A stretch of DNA of 64,000 bases. It comes from Oscillospiraceae bacterium. Its GTDB lineage: Bacteria; Bacillota; Clostridia; Oscillospirales; Oscillospiraceae. Made by a program: the position numbers and the translations under genes. The stretch is taken from positions 1,025 to 65,024 of the forward strand of contig CAVFTS010000005.1 in the NCBI GenBank assembly GCA_963625655.1, given 5' to 3'. Numbering within the stretch: position 1 is the stretch's first letter; each line of letters begins with the position of its first letter. A model generated the notes under the pieces. That model had not been told where the DNA came from, made no database searches, and worked only from the letters and a program-made list of their open reading frames with translations. This document shows, piece by piece, positions 1 through 8,672 of this stretch.

Positions 1-580
1 GAGACGATTTGACATAAGCACCGGAGCCGTGATACTGCTCTCGGTGCTTTATTTTTTTGGAGGCTTCACGCTGCTATGCACGCTTTTTATCCCAGTCTGC
101 GTGCATGAGCTTGGTCATATTGCGGCGCTCAAGTGCTTCGGCGCAAAGGGGAGAGGGCTTCGATTTGACATGACCGGGCTTTGCATTTCCTACACCGGAC
201 TAAAAAACCGCAGCGAGGAATTTATCTGTCTTGCGTCGGGCCCCGTATTCGGACTTGCCTTTGCGCTGCTTTTGTCCTGTCTCGGCAACAAAACGGATAG
301 CGCATTATTCCTTGCACTGTCAGGAATCAGTCTGCTGCTGTCAGTATATAATCTTCTGCCGGCGCTGCCGCTTGACGGCGGAAGAATGTTAAAGTGCCTG
401 CTCTCGGCAATCTTCGGCGAAGAAAAGGCAAGGAAAGCGGCAGATGTCATAAGCCTTGCCGTCGGCGCATCGGTTGCGATATGCGGCGCTCATATGCTGC
501 CGCAGACATGGGGTGCAGCGCTGTGCGTTGCGGGAATTATGATACTTCTGAGCCAATTTGAAAGCAACGTGCTATTGTAA
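1..580 (+). CDS. Peptidase M50 / site-2 protease family protein (SpoIVFB-like), possibly 5'-truncated by the window edge
   Basis: It has an HELGH zinc motif (VCVHELGHIAAL) inside a hydrophobic helix, a second motif NLLPALPLDGGRML, and several TM segments. The ORF track starts at GTG 29, but the frame is open back to nt 2, so the true start may lie upstream of the window. Confidence 0.8.
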   Translation, partial: RRFDISTGAVILLSVLYFFGGFTLLCTLFIPVCVHELGHIAALKCFGAKGRGLRFDMTGLCISYTGLKNRSEEFICLASGPVFGLAFALLLSCLGNKTDSALFLALSGISLLLSVYNLLPALPLDGGRMLKCLLSAIFGEEKARKAADVISLAVGASVAICGAHMLPQTWGAALCVAGIMILLSQFESNVLL

Positions 581-631
581 AATCCTCGGATGTGTTGTAA
601 AATATCCGCAATAAAAGTAACGGAGAGAGCA

Positions 632-2467
632 ATGGATAAGAGACTTGAAAGAATATTGCCCAAGGTGCAAAAGCCCGCACGCTACACCGGGGGCGAGTTT
701 AATCAGATAATCAAGGACAAAAGCAACGTGAGCCTCAGACTTGCGTTCTGCTTCCCGGATGTGTACGAAATCGGAATGTCGAACCTCGGCATGAGCATAC
801 TGTACTCGACGATGAACTCCCTGCCTTACGTTTGGTGCGAGAGGGTCTTTGCGCCGTGGGGCGATATGTACGATGAGATGAAAAACGCCGCCATTCCGCT
901 GTATGCCCTCGAAAGCGGAGACCCGATATCGGAGCATGACGTGCTTGCGTTCTCGATAGGCTATGAGATGGCGTATTCCACGGTGCTTGACATGATGTCC
1001 ATGGCTGGCATTCCCATTCACCGCAGCGAACGCAAGGAGCTTCTGCCGCTCGTTATTGCCGGAGGAACCGCCGCACTGAATCCGGAGCCGATGGCGGATT
1101 TTATCGACATTTTTCTGCTCGGCGAGGGTGAGGAGATGAATAATGAGCTGCTCGCACTTATAAATACCGCCAAGGCGGAGGGCTGGGACAAGCTTCGTTT
1201 TCTCAAAGAGGCATCTCAAATCGGCGGAATATACGTCCCCGAATTTTATAAGCCTGTGTATCTTGACAGCGGCGTGCTGTCGCACTTTGAGGTGCTTGAG
1301 GGAGCACCTCAAAGGGTCAGAAAACGCATCGTTACCGACCTTGACAGCGTGCCGTTTCCGCTCAATCCCATCGTTCCGTCTACCGAGGTTGTGCATGACC
1401 GTGTGAATCTTGAGCTGTTTCGGGGCTGCATACGAGGCTGCCGCTTCTGTCAGGCGGGGCATACCTACAGACCCATCAGGGAAAAAAGCGTCGATCTGCT
1501 CATAGAGCAGGGCAAGGCGCTCCTCAAAAACACCGGCTGTCAGGACATTACGCTGCTGTCCCTCAGCTCAAGCGACTACCGCAAGCTGCCGGAGTTGTGC
1601 GACGGACTTCTTGAGTATTGCGAGCCGAGGAGCATCGGACTTTCGCTGCCGTCGCTTCGTGCTGACAACTTCTCAATAGAGATAATGCACCGCATACAAA
1701 AGACCCGCAAAAGCGGACTTACCTTCGCACCCGAAGCGGGAAGTCAGCGTCTGCGTGACGCAATAAACAAAAACGTGAGCGAGGATGACCTCATTAACAC
1801 CTGCCGTCTTGCGTTTGAGGGCGGATGGAACACCGTGAAGCTTTACTTTATGCTCGGACTTCCCACCGAAACGGAGGAGGATATTCTCGGTATTGCGGAG
1901 CTTGCAAATCAGGTTCTGCATACATGGCGACTGTATTCCAAGAACAAGAACAGGGGAGTCAGGATAACGGTCTCAACCTCCTGCTTCGTACCAAAGCCGC
2001 ACAGCCCCTTCCAATGGGAGAGGCAGAACACGATGGAGGAGTATATTTCCAAGGTCGAGCTTCTGCGCAAGGCAATAACCGCCAAGAACGTTGTATATAA
2101 TTGGCACGATCCGCAGACAAGCTATATTGAAGCGACGCTCTCAAGGGGCGACCGCAGAATGGGTAAGGTCATCGAAAACGTGTGGCGCAGCGGCGGCAGA
2201 CTTGAGGCGTGGAGCGATTACTTCGACTTTGAACGTTGGATGAAGGCGTTCGGTGACGCCGGTTTAAGTCCCGAATTTTACGCACATCGTGAAAGGGGAA
2301 AGGACGAGACCCTGCCGTGGGACATCGTTGACGTCGGCGTTCGGCGTGAGCATTTGTGGCGTGAGCGTGAATACTCCCGCAGCGCAGAGAAGCATATAAC
2401 CGACTGCCGCCAAAGCTGTGCCGGCTGCGGCGCAAGATCACTGAGCGGAGGCAGATGCGATGGATAA
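632..2467 (+). CDS. Radical SAM protein of the uncharacterised TIGR03960-like family
   Basis: It carries a C-x3-C-x2-C cluster motif (CIRGCRFCQAG). The N-terminus (KPARYTGGEFN) and overall length are typical of this family. I moved the start to ATG 632, which has a GGAGAG SD, rather than ORF-track 590. Confidence 0.8.
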   Translation: MDKRLERILPKVQKPARYTGGEFNQIIKDKSNVSLRLAFCFPDVYEIGMSNLGMSILYSTMNSLPYVWCERVFAPWGDMYDEMKNAAIPLYALESGDPISEHDVLAFSIGYEMAYSTVLDMMSMAGIPIHRSERKELLPLVIAGGTAALNPEPMADFIDIFLLGEGEEMNNELLALINTAKAEGWDKLRFLKEASQIGGIYVPEFYKPVYLDSGVLSHFEVLEGAPQRVRKRIVTDLDSVPFPLNPIVPSTEVVHDRVNLELFRGCIRGCRFCQAGHTYRPIREKSVDLLIEQGKALLKNTGCQDITLLSLSSSDYRKLPELCDGLLEYCEPRSIGLSLPSLRADNFSIEIMHRIQKTRKSGLTFAPEAGSQRLRDAINKNVSEDDLINTCRLAFEGGWNTVKLYFMLGLPTETEEDILGIAELANQVLHTWRLYSKNKNRGVRITVSTSCFVPKPHSPFQWERQNTMEEYISKVELLRKAITAKNVVYNWHDPQTSYIEATLSRGDRRMGKVIENVWRSGGRLEAWSDYFDFERWMKAFGDAGLSPEFYAHRERGKDETLPWDIVDVGVRREHLWREREYSRSAEKHITDCRQSCAGCGARSLSGGRCDG

Positions 2468-3119
2468 GCTTAGAATGAAATTTTCCAAGACCGGCAGAGC
2501 GGTTTATATCTCCCACCTTGACCTCATGCGCACGATAACGAGAGCCTTCATGCGGAGCGAGATACCGCTTAAATATTCCGAGGGCTTTAACCCGCACCCC
2601 AATATTTCCATAGCGTTGCCGCTGTCTGTCGGCTGCGAAAGCGTCTGCGAAATTATGGATTTCCGCCTTCGTACGGAGCTTGAGCCGGAGAATATACTGC
2701 CCGCACTCAGGGTACAGATGCCGGAGGGGATAGAGGTGCTTGACGTCTACGCCTCGGAGCGTAAGGTCAAGGATATTAAGTGGCTGTCCGTAAGCGGCGT
2801 TTTTGAGTACGACGAGCGAAATGCCGAGAATATACTGCCGGAGCTTGAGCGATTTTTTGCCGCAGAGAGCATCGTTATATCAAAAAGAACGAAAAAGGGC
2901 ATGTCCGCTACCGACATAAAGCCCGCAATAAAATCCCTTGAATTCGGCGTCTGCGACGACGGAGTTGCGGTGAACGCAGTCATTTCGGCGCAGGAGCCGA
3001 CGCTGAATCCGGAGCTTTTTGTATCGGCACTCACTCAGCTTGAGCCTAAGATCGCTCCCGACTTCGCAAAATTCCGCAGACTTCAGGTGCTTGATGCGGA
3101 AATGCAGGTATTCCGATAA
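2460..3119 (+). CDS. Radical SAM-linked protein (TIGR03936 / DUF2344-like)
   Basis: The N-terminus MKFSKTGRAVYISHLDLMRT is typical of the partner protein that is fused to or adjacent to TIGR03960 enzymes. It overlaps the upstream gene by 8 nt. Confidence 0.75.
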   Translation: MDKLRMKFSKTGRAVYISHLDLMRTITRAFMRSEIPLKYSEGFNPHPNISIALPLSVGCESVCEIMDFRLRTELEPENILPALRVQMPEGIEVLDVYASERKVKDIKWLSVSGVFEYDERNAENILPELERFFAAESIVISKRTKKGMSATDIKPAIKSLEFGVCDDGVAVNAVISAQEPTLNPELFVSALTQLEPKIAPDFAKFRRLQVLDAEMQVFR

Positions 3120-3126
3120 AAAAGTC

Positions 3127-3155
3127 TTGCAATGCCGAGACTTTCGTGCTACTAT
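3127..3155 (+). promoter_or_regulatory. Sigma-A-type promoter for rplS
   Basis: TTGCAA (3127-3132), a 17-nt spacer, then TACTAT (3150-3155). Confidence 0.5.
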
Positions 3156-3250
3156 ATATTGGCTTGTGTGTGCAAGCTATCAAGCGGTCCGCTGCCGAGG
3201 TCGATGCGCCCAACGGTATGAACGCCTTAAAGTAAAGGAAGGATTAGATT
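3156..3250 (+). promoter_or_regulatory. Structured 5' leader of rplS (candidate L19 ribosomal-protein leader)
   Basis: A leader of about 95 nt lies between the predicted promoter and the rplS ATG and contains GC-rich paired segments. Firmicutes are known to carry an L19 autoregulatory leader at this position. I did not check the fold against the covariance model. Confidence 0.3.
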
Positions 3251-3592
3251 ATGGATCTGGTCAAAATTCTCAGCGAACAGTACATGAAGCCCGAACTGCC
3301 CGCACTCAACGTCGGCGATACCGTGCGTATCACCGTACGTGTCAAGGAAGGCAGCCGCGAGCGCAACCAGGCTTTCGAAGGCACCATCATTGCCAAGAAG
3401 CATGGCGGCATCAACGAGACCATCACCGTCCGCCGCATTTCCTACGGCGTAGGCTGCGAGAAGGTCTTCCCCGTGCATTCTCCCTCCATCGTCTCCGTCG
3501 AGACGGTTCGCAGAGGTAAAGTGCGCAGAGCAAAGCTCTACTACCTTCGTGAAAGAGTCGGTAAGAGCGCAAAGGTCAAGGAGCGCCTGTAA
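3251..3592 (+). CDS. rplS: 50S ribosomal protein L19
   Basis: The 113-aa product contains [32 protein letters not shown] and [14 protein letters not shown], which is a classic L19 sequence. Confidence 0.97.
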   Translation: MDLVKILSEQYMKPELPALNVGDTVRITVRVKEGSRERNQAFEGTIIAKKHGGINETITVRRISYGVGCEKVFPVHSPSIVSVETVRRGKVRRAKLYYLRERVGKSAKVKERL

Positions 3593-3611
3593 GTTTCCTG
3601 CATACTGTGTC

Positions 3612-3639
3612 AAAAAAAGAGGCGTATGCCTCTTTTTTT
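3612..3639. terminator. Rho-independent terminator after rplS
   Basis: An A-run, stem AGAGGC/GCCTCT with loop GTAT, then a T-run (aaaaaaagaggcgtatgcctcttttttt). Confidence 0.8.
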
Positions 3640-3703
3640 GTTGCTTATTGATATGTTTATCGTGTATAATAATATAATACCAAATATGTAAAGAGGCACA
3701 GCT

Positions 3704-4285
3704 ATGAAAGATAAAGCGAAAATCAATAAAGAGGAAGCGGTCGCCGAAAAGCCCCTTACCGTCAGGGGCGAGGTATACGAGTGGGCGCAGAGCCTCATCA
3801 CCGCTCTTGTCATATGCATACTTGTTTTTGTTTTCGTCTTCCGACTTGTCGACGTCGTGGGTGACTCAATGAATAATACGCTCTTTGACGGCGACAAGAT
3901 GGTTGTTTTGAACCTGCCTTACACCCCCAAGCAGGGTGACATAGTTGTCTTTCGCAAGGACGAGTATAAGCCCGAAGCTCTCGTAAAGCGCGTCATTGCC
4001 ACTGAGGGGCAGACGGTCGAGATCGACTTCGACAATGGCATAGTGTATGTGGACGGCGTAGCGCTCGACGAACCATATATTGCCGACTATACCTACATTC
4101 CCATTGACTTCTCCGGCGTTCAGACGGTGCCGGAGGGCTGTGTGTTCGTCATGGGCGATAATCGCAACAGATCGACCGACAGCCGCAAGACGGAGATCGG
4201 CATGGTCGACACAAGACTCATAATCGGCAAGGTTGTGTTCGTGCTGTTCCCGCTTGACAGGATAGGCAGTCCCTACGGTGGTTGA
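3704..4285 (+). CDS. lepB: Signal peptidase I (S26)
   Basis: It has an N-terminal TM segment, the catalytic Ser motif GDSMNNTL, the Lys box VKRVIA, and GDNRNRSTDSR. Confidence 0.93.
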   Translation: MKDKAKINKEEAVAEKPLTVRGEVYEWAQSLITALVICILVFVFVFRLVDVVGDSMNNTLFDGDKMVVLNLPYTPKQGDIVVFRKDEYKPEALVKRVIATEGQTVEIDFDNGIVYVDGVALDEPYIADYTYIPIDFSGVQTVPEGCVFVMGDNRNRSTDSRKTEIGMVDTRLIIGKVVFVLFPLDRIGSPYGG

Positions 4286-4286
4286 T

Positions 4287-5162
4287 ATGCAGGAAAACGC
4301 TTACGAAAAAATGAATATCCAGTGGTTCCCCGGACACATGACTAAAGCACAGCGCATGATTGAGGAGAACGTTAAGCTGGTCGATGCCGTGTGCGAGATA
4401 CTTGACGCACGCATACCCAACTCAAGCCGCAACCCGGATATTGACAGGCTTGCCGCCGGAAAGCCGAGGCTCATTATCCTCAATCGCTGCGATCTTGCGG
4501 ATAAGGACGTTACCGATGCGTGGGTAAAGCACTTCACCGCACAGGGTCTGAAGGTGATGCAGACCAACGCAAAGAGCGGCAAAGGCGTTAACGGCTTTGC
4601 CCGCAGCGTGCGTGAGCTTTTGGCGGATAAGCTGGCTGACTACGCATCCAAGGGTCAGGCGACACGTCCCCTCCGTGTGATGATACTCGGCATACCCAAC
4701 GTCGGGAAGTCTACATTTATAAATAAAGTTGCGGGGCGCAAGGCTGCCGCCGCCGGGGACAAGCCCGGAGTAACGAGAGGAAAGCAGTGGATAAACATTG
4801 ACAAGGGTCTTGATCTGCTTGACACTCCGGGCATCCTGTGGCCGAAGTTTGACTCTCAGGAGGTCGGAGAGCTGCTTGCAATAACGAACGCAATAAAGTC
4901 CGACGTGCTGGACCGTGAGACCCTCGGAGCAAACTTCATGCTTCGTCTTTGCAGAATGTACCCCAAGGCGCTTGAGGAGCGCTATAAAATAAGCCCCGAC
5001 CCCGAAAAGAACGGCTATGAGCTTCTTGAACAGGCTGCGAAAAAGCGCGGCTTCCTCGTTTCGAGAGGGGAGTACGACATTGAACGTATGGCAAATACGC
5101 TTTTGAGCGAGTACCACGACGGAAAGCTCGGAAGGCTGAGCTTGGAGAGACCGAATGACTGA
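4287..5162 (+). CDS. rbgA: Ribosome biogenesis GTPase A (YlqF/RbgA)
   Basis: It has the IQWFPGHMTKA signature, a circularly permuted GTPase layout (NRCDL before GIPNVGKST), and DTPG. The start is uncertain among 4278, 4287 and 4311. Confidence 0.9.
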   Translation: MQENAYEKMNIQWFPGHMTKAQRMIEENVKLVDAVCEILDARIPNSSRNPDIDRLAAGKPRLIILNRCDLADKDVTDAWVKHFTAQGLKVMQTNAKSGKGVNGFARSVRELLADKLADYASKGQATRPLRVMILGIPNVGKSTFINKVAGRKAAAAGDKPGVTRGKQWINIDKGLDLLDTPGILWPKFDSQEVGELLAITNAIKSDVLDRETLGANFMLRLCRMYPKALEERYKISPDPEKNGYELLEQAAKKRGFLVSRGEYDIERMANTLLSEYHDGKLGRLSLERPND

Positions 5163-5754
5163 TCTGTGGGAGCTCGAAAACGAAATATACGCCGAGGGAT
5201 ATAGGCTCGTCTGCGGAGTTGATGAGGCGGGGCGGGGTCCTCTCGCAGGACCCGTGTACGCTGCGGCGGTCATCCTGCCGCAAGGCATAGAGACAGAAGG
5301 TCTCAACGACTCAAAAAAACTCAGCGAAAAGCAGCGTGATACGCTTTACGATCTGATAACCGAGTCGGCAACTGCGTGGAGCGTTGCGTTTGCGGACGTT
5401 GCGGAAATCGAGAGCCTCAACATTCTCGGCGCAACGATGCTTGCGATGAACAGAGCGATAAGCGGTCTTTCACCCGCACCGGAGCTTGCACTCATTGACG
5501 GTAACAGGAACAAGGGCATAGTCATTGACAGCCGCTGCATCGTAAAGGGTGATGCACGCTGTGCCGACATTGCCGCCGCTTCCGTGCTTGCAAAGGTGAG
5601 CCGTGACCGATATATGCTCAAAATGGCGGAAAAGTACCCCGAATACGCCTTTGAGCGGCACAAGGGCTACGGCACAAAGCTCCACTACGAGGCGCTGCGA
5701 AAGTACGGCCCTTGTGAGATACACAGACCGAGCTTTTTAAGGAAGATGCACTGA
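5155..5754 (+). CDS. rnhB: Ribonuclease HII
   Basis: It has the GVDEAGRGPLAGPV active-site motif and DSKKLS. It overlaps rbgA by 8 nt. Confidence 0.93.
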   Translation: MTDLWELENEIYAEGYRLVCGVDEAGRGPLAGPVYAAAVILPQGIETEGLNDSKKLSEKQRDTLYDLITESATAWSVAFADVAEIESLNILGATMLAMNRAISGLSPAPELALIDGNRNKGIVIDSRCIVKGDARCADIAAASVLAKVSRDRYMLKMAEKYPEYAFERHKGYGTKLHYEALRKYGPCEIHRPSFLRKMH

Positions 5755-6119
5755 TGGAAAAACGTGAGATAGGTGCATGGGGAGAGCGTAAGGCCGCAAG
5801 CTACCTCAGACTGCACGGCTACAAGATTGTGTGCATGAACTACTCCTGCCGTCAGGGGGAGATAGACGTAATCGCGGAAAACCGCAAATACATAGTTTTT
5901 GCGGAGGTTAAGCTCAGAAAAAGCAGCGACCACGGCGAAGCCCGTGAATTCGTCACATATTCAAAGCAGCGTCGTATCATGACGGCGGCGCAGCTTTATC
6001 TTCAGCAGCACGAGACCGAAAAGCAGCCACGCTTCGACGTGATTGAGATTTATGCGCCGAACGGAGCTAAGGGCTTCGGAGTGAAGCTGAATCATATTGA
6101 AAACGCTTTTGAGGTGTAA
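5754..6119 (+). CDS. yraN: YraN family protein (UPF0102)
   Basis: The 121-aa product shows the GE..A..YL...GY.I...N......GEIDVIA pattern and the FVEVK-like segment FAEVKLR. Confidence 0.85.
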   Translation: MEKREIGAWGERKAASYLRLHGYKIVCMNYSCRQGEIDVIAENRKYIVFAEVKLRKSSDHGEAREFVTYSKQRRIMTAAQLYLQQHETEKQPRFDVIEIYAPNGAKGFGVKLNHIENAFEV

Positions 6120-6120
6120 C

Positions 6121-7602
6121 ATGAAATATTTCAGTACAAGAAATTCGATGTACGGTGTCACGGCGGCGGAGGCCATTGCCAAGGGACTTGCCCCCGACGG
6201 CGGACTGTTCGTCCCGGAATCGGTGCCGCAGCTTGACAGGGACGAGATCGCAGCCCTGTGCGATATGGACTACTGCGGCAGAGCGGTTTACATAATGTCA
6301 AAGTATCTTGAAGATTTCAGCGGGGAGGAGCTTAAGACGCTGTGCGCTTCGGCATACGGCAGCGGCTTTGACTGTGATGCGGTGGCGCCCCTCAGAGTGC
6401 TTAACGGCACAACTGCGGTTCTTGAGCTTTGGCACGGACCGACCTGTGCATTCAAGGATATGGCGCTCCAGCTTCTCCCGCATCTGCTTACGGCGTCGCT
6501 GAAAAAGTGCGGGGAGGAACGCAACGTCTGCATCCTTGTCGCCACGAGCGGTGACACGGGCAAGGCGGCGCTTGAGGGCTTTGCCGACGTTCCGTGCACC
6601 AAAATTCAGGTATTTTATCCGAACGATGGCGTATCGGAGGCACAGAAGCTGCAAATGATAACCCAGACTGGCAAAAACGTCGGCGTTACCGCAGTCGTCG
6701 GCAATTTTGACGATGCCCAGAGCGGCGTAAAAAGAATATTCTCCGATGCCGATTTTGCGGCAAAGCTGACCGAGCGGGGCTACTTCCTGTCCTCGGCAAA
6801 CTCCATCAACTGGGGCAGACTGCTTCCGCAGATAGTTTATTACTTCTCGGCGTACTGCGACTTCGTGAAGTCGGGCAGCATAGCATTGGGTGACACCGTT
6901 GACTTTTCCGTGCCGACGGGCAATTTCGGCAACATTCTTGCCGGATGGTATGCCCGCAGCATGGGTCTGCCGGTCGGCAGGCTGCTGTGCGCATCCAACG
7001 CAAACAACGTGCTCAGCGATTTTCTGGCAAGCGGTTGCTATGACAGAAACAGAGCCTTTCACAATACGCTGTCTCCGTCCATGGACATCCTTGTTTCCAG
7101 CAACCTTGAACGTCTGCTCTGCAACCTGTCCGGCAGCACGGAGGAGACCGCCGAGTATATGAAGCAGCTTTCCGAGACGGGACGCTACACCGTTTCACCC
7201 AAGCTTAAAGCCGCAATCGGCGAGTGCTTTGTCGGAGGCTGCTGCTCGGATCCCGAAACGCTTGAGACGATAAAGAGCGTTTGGGATAATGATTCCTACC
7301 TCATGGATACGCACACGGCGGTCGCATATAAGGTGCTGGCCGATGTACGCAGCGATGAGAGCACTGAGCGTCCCTGCATTGTCGTTTCCACGGCAAGCCC
7401 GTTTAAGTTCAGCGACAGCGTTTTGAAGGCGCTCGGCGACAACGCCGAAAAGGGCGGAGCCGAGCTTATTGAAAGGCTGTCCGAGGTCAGCGGTATCGAG
7501 GCTCCTCTGCCGCTGTGCGGTCTGACCGAAAGAGAAGTCCGTTTTAAAGACATCATTCCTCCGTGCGTAATGAAGACTGCGGTCGATGAGTTTTTAAAAT
7601 GA
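6121..7602 (+). CDS. thrC: Threonine synthase (long form)
   Basis: It has the N-terminus YFSTRN, the PLP-lysine context PTCAFKDMALQ, and ATSGDTG. I moved the start to ATG 6121, just after the yraN stop. Confidence 0.92.
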   Translation: MKYFSTRNSMYGVTAAEAIAKGLAPDGGLFVPESVPQLDRDEIAALCDMDYCGRAVYIMSKYLEDFSGEELKTLCASAYGSGFDCDAVAPLRVLNGTTAVLELWHGPTCAFKDMALQLLPHLLTASLKKCGEERNVCILVATSGDTGKAALEGFADVPCTKIQVFYPNDGVSEAQKLQMITQTGKNVGVTAVVGNFDDAQSGVKRIFSDADFAAKLTERGYFLSSANSINWGRLLPQIVYYFSAYCDFVKSGSIALGDTVDFSVPTGNFGNILAGWYARSMGLPVGRLLCASNANNVLSDFLASGCYDRNRAFHNTLSPSMDILVSSNLERLLCNLSGSTEETAEYMKQLSETGRYTVSPKLKAAIGECFVGGCCSDPETLETIKSVWDNDSYLMDTHTAVAYKVLADVRSDESTERPCIVVSTASPFKFSDSVLKALGDNAEKGGAELIERLSEVSGIEAPLPLCGLTEREVRFKDIIPPCVMKTAVDEFLK

Positions 7603-7606
7603 TATG

Positions 7607-7624
7607 TACGGGATTTCTCCCGTG
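7607..7624. terminator. Short hairpin between convergent thrC and the DUF1540 gene
   Basis: Stem ACGGGA/TCCCGT with loop TTTC. There is no strong U-tract, so this is a weak terminator call. Confidence 0.3.
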
Positions 7625-7627
7625 TGC

Positions 7628-7810
7628 TCAGTCGCAGCAGCCTCTGGGACAGAAGGTGGAGCAGTAAGTCTCGGACTTGGTGGTAGCCTTGTCGTTCTGT
7701 ACGCTGATGTGAGAAGCGGAGCACTTGCTGTCGATGGTGTTGTACTTGCACTGGCTTACGTCGCAACCGACGCCGGTGATCTCGTTGTTTCTGATCTTTT
7801 TGTCATTCAT
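7628..7810 (-). CDS. DUF1540 domain-containing small Cys-rich protein
   Basis: The 60-aa product has the pattern GCDVSQCKYN....KCSASHISV and a C-terminal CSTFCPRGCC. A GGAGG SD sits 7 nt upstream. Codon usage matches the strongly biased local genes. It is one of only two minus-strand genes. Confidence 0.75.
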   Translation of the reverse strand: MNDKKIRNNEITGVGCDVSQCKYNTIDSKCSASHISVQNDKATTKSETYCSTFCPRGCCD

Positions 7811-7889
7811 TTTGAAAAACCTCCGATGTTATAATTGCCTTTGGCGTTTATATTATTTTCGGATCAGACCGGTTTTATACGGAGGATAT

Positions 7890-8576
7890 ATGTCACTATA
7901 TGCTATTGGCGATCTGCACTTGTCCCTCGGCGGCAGCAAGTCGATGGAGGTGTTCGGCGGCAGGTGGGAGGATTACGTCCGCAAGCTGTCCGATGGCTTT
8001 TCAGGGCTTTGCGAGGACGACCTTACCGTTCTCTGCGGCGACATCAGCTGGGGAATGAGCATGGAGGAATCGCTTGAGGATTTTCTTTTTATAGACAGAT
8101 TGCCGGGGAAAAAGCTCATTATAAAAGGCAACCACGATTACTGGTGGTCAACGGCGAGCAAGGCAAAGCGATTTTTTGCCGACAACGGCATCACTACGAT
8201 AGACATTCTGCACAACAACAGCTTTGCGTATAAGGATGTCGGCATCTGCGGTACAAGAGGTTGGTTTTATGAGGAGCTGAAGGGCGATGCTCACGACCGC
8301 AAAATAATGCAGCGTGAGAATATGCGCCTTGAGGCGTCGCTCAAATCGGCAGGCGAGGGCAGAAAGTTTGTGTTTCTGCACTATCCGCCGAAGTACCTCA
8401 AATACGACTGCCCGGACATACTCCGGCTCCTTGACGAATACGGGGTCGAGCTTTGCTGCTATGGGCATCTTCATGCCGCAAGCTGTGCCTGTTCCTTTAA
8501 CGGCAAGCTTAATGACACGCAATTTCGCCTCGTATCCGCCGACTATGTGAATTTTACCCCGCAAAAATTGCTTTAA
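7890..8576 (+). CDS. Metallophosphoesterase family protein
   Basis: It has the motifs YAIGDLHL, GDISW, GNHDYWW and GHLH. The start is ATG 7890 with a GGAGG SD; the ORF-track N-terminal extension overlaps the DUF1540 gene. Confidence 0.85.
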   Translation: MSLYAIGDLHLSLGGSKSMEVFGGRWEDYVRKLSDGFSGLCEDDLTVLCGDISWGMSMEESLEDFLFIDRLPGKKLIIKGNHDYWWSTASKAKRFFADNGITTIDILHNNSFAYKDVGICGTRGWFYEELKGDAHDRKIMQRENMRLEASLKSAGEGRKFVFLHYPPKYLKYDCPDILRLLDEYGVELCCYGHLHAASCACSFNGKLNDTQFRLVSADYVNFTPQKLL

Positions 8577-8602
8577 ATAATGTATATTTTAAAATAAAAA
8601 CA

Positions 8603-8631
8603 TTGCTTTTGCCGCTATTATCTGCTATTAT
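8603..8631 (+). promoter_or_regulatory. Candidate sigma-A promoter for tig
   Basis: TTGCTT, a 17-nt spacer, then TATTAT. Confidence 0.4.
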
Positions 8632-8672
8632 GCATAAGTGTTTGCAAGAACATTTTAGGAGGAAGTCAGTAA

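Noticed and set aside
3019-3519. A 166-aa Arg-rich + strand ORF overlaps the rplS promoter, leader and coding region in another frame.
   Set aside because: Its composition is unlike a protein ([21 protein letters not shown]...). It overlaps the unambiguous L19 gene and has no SD.
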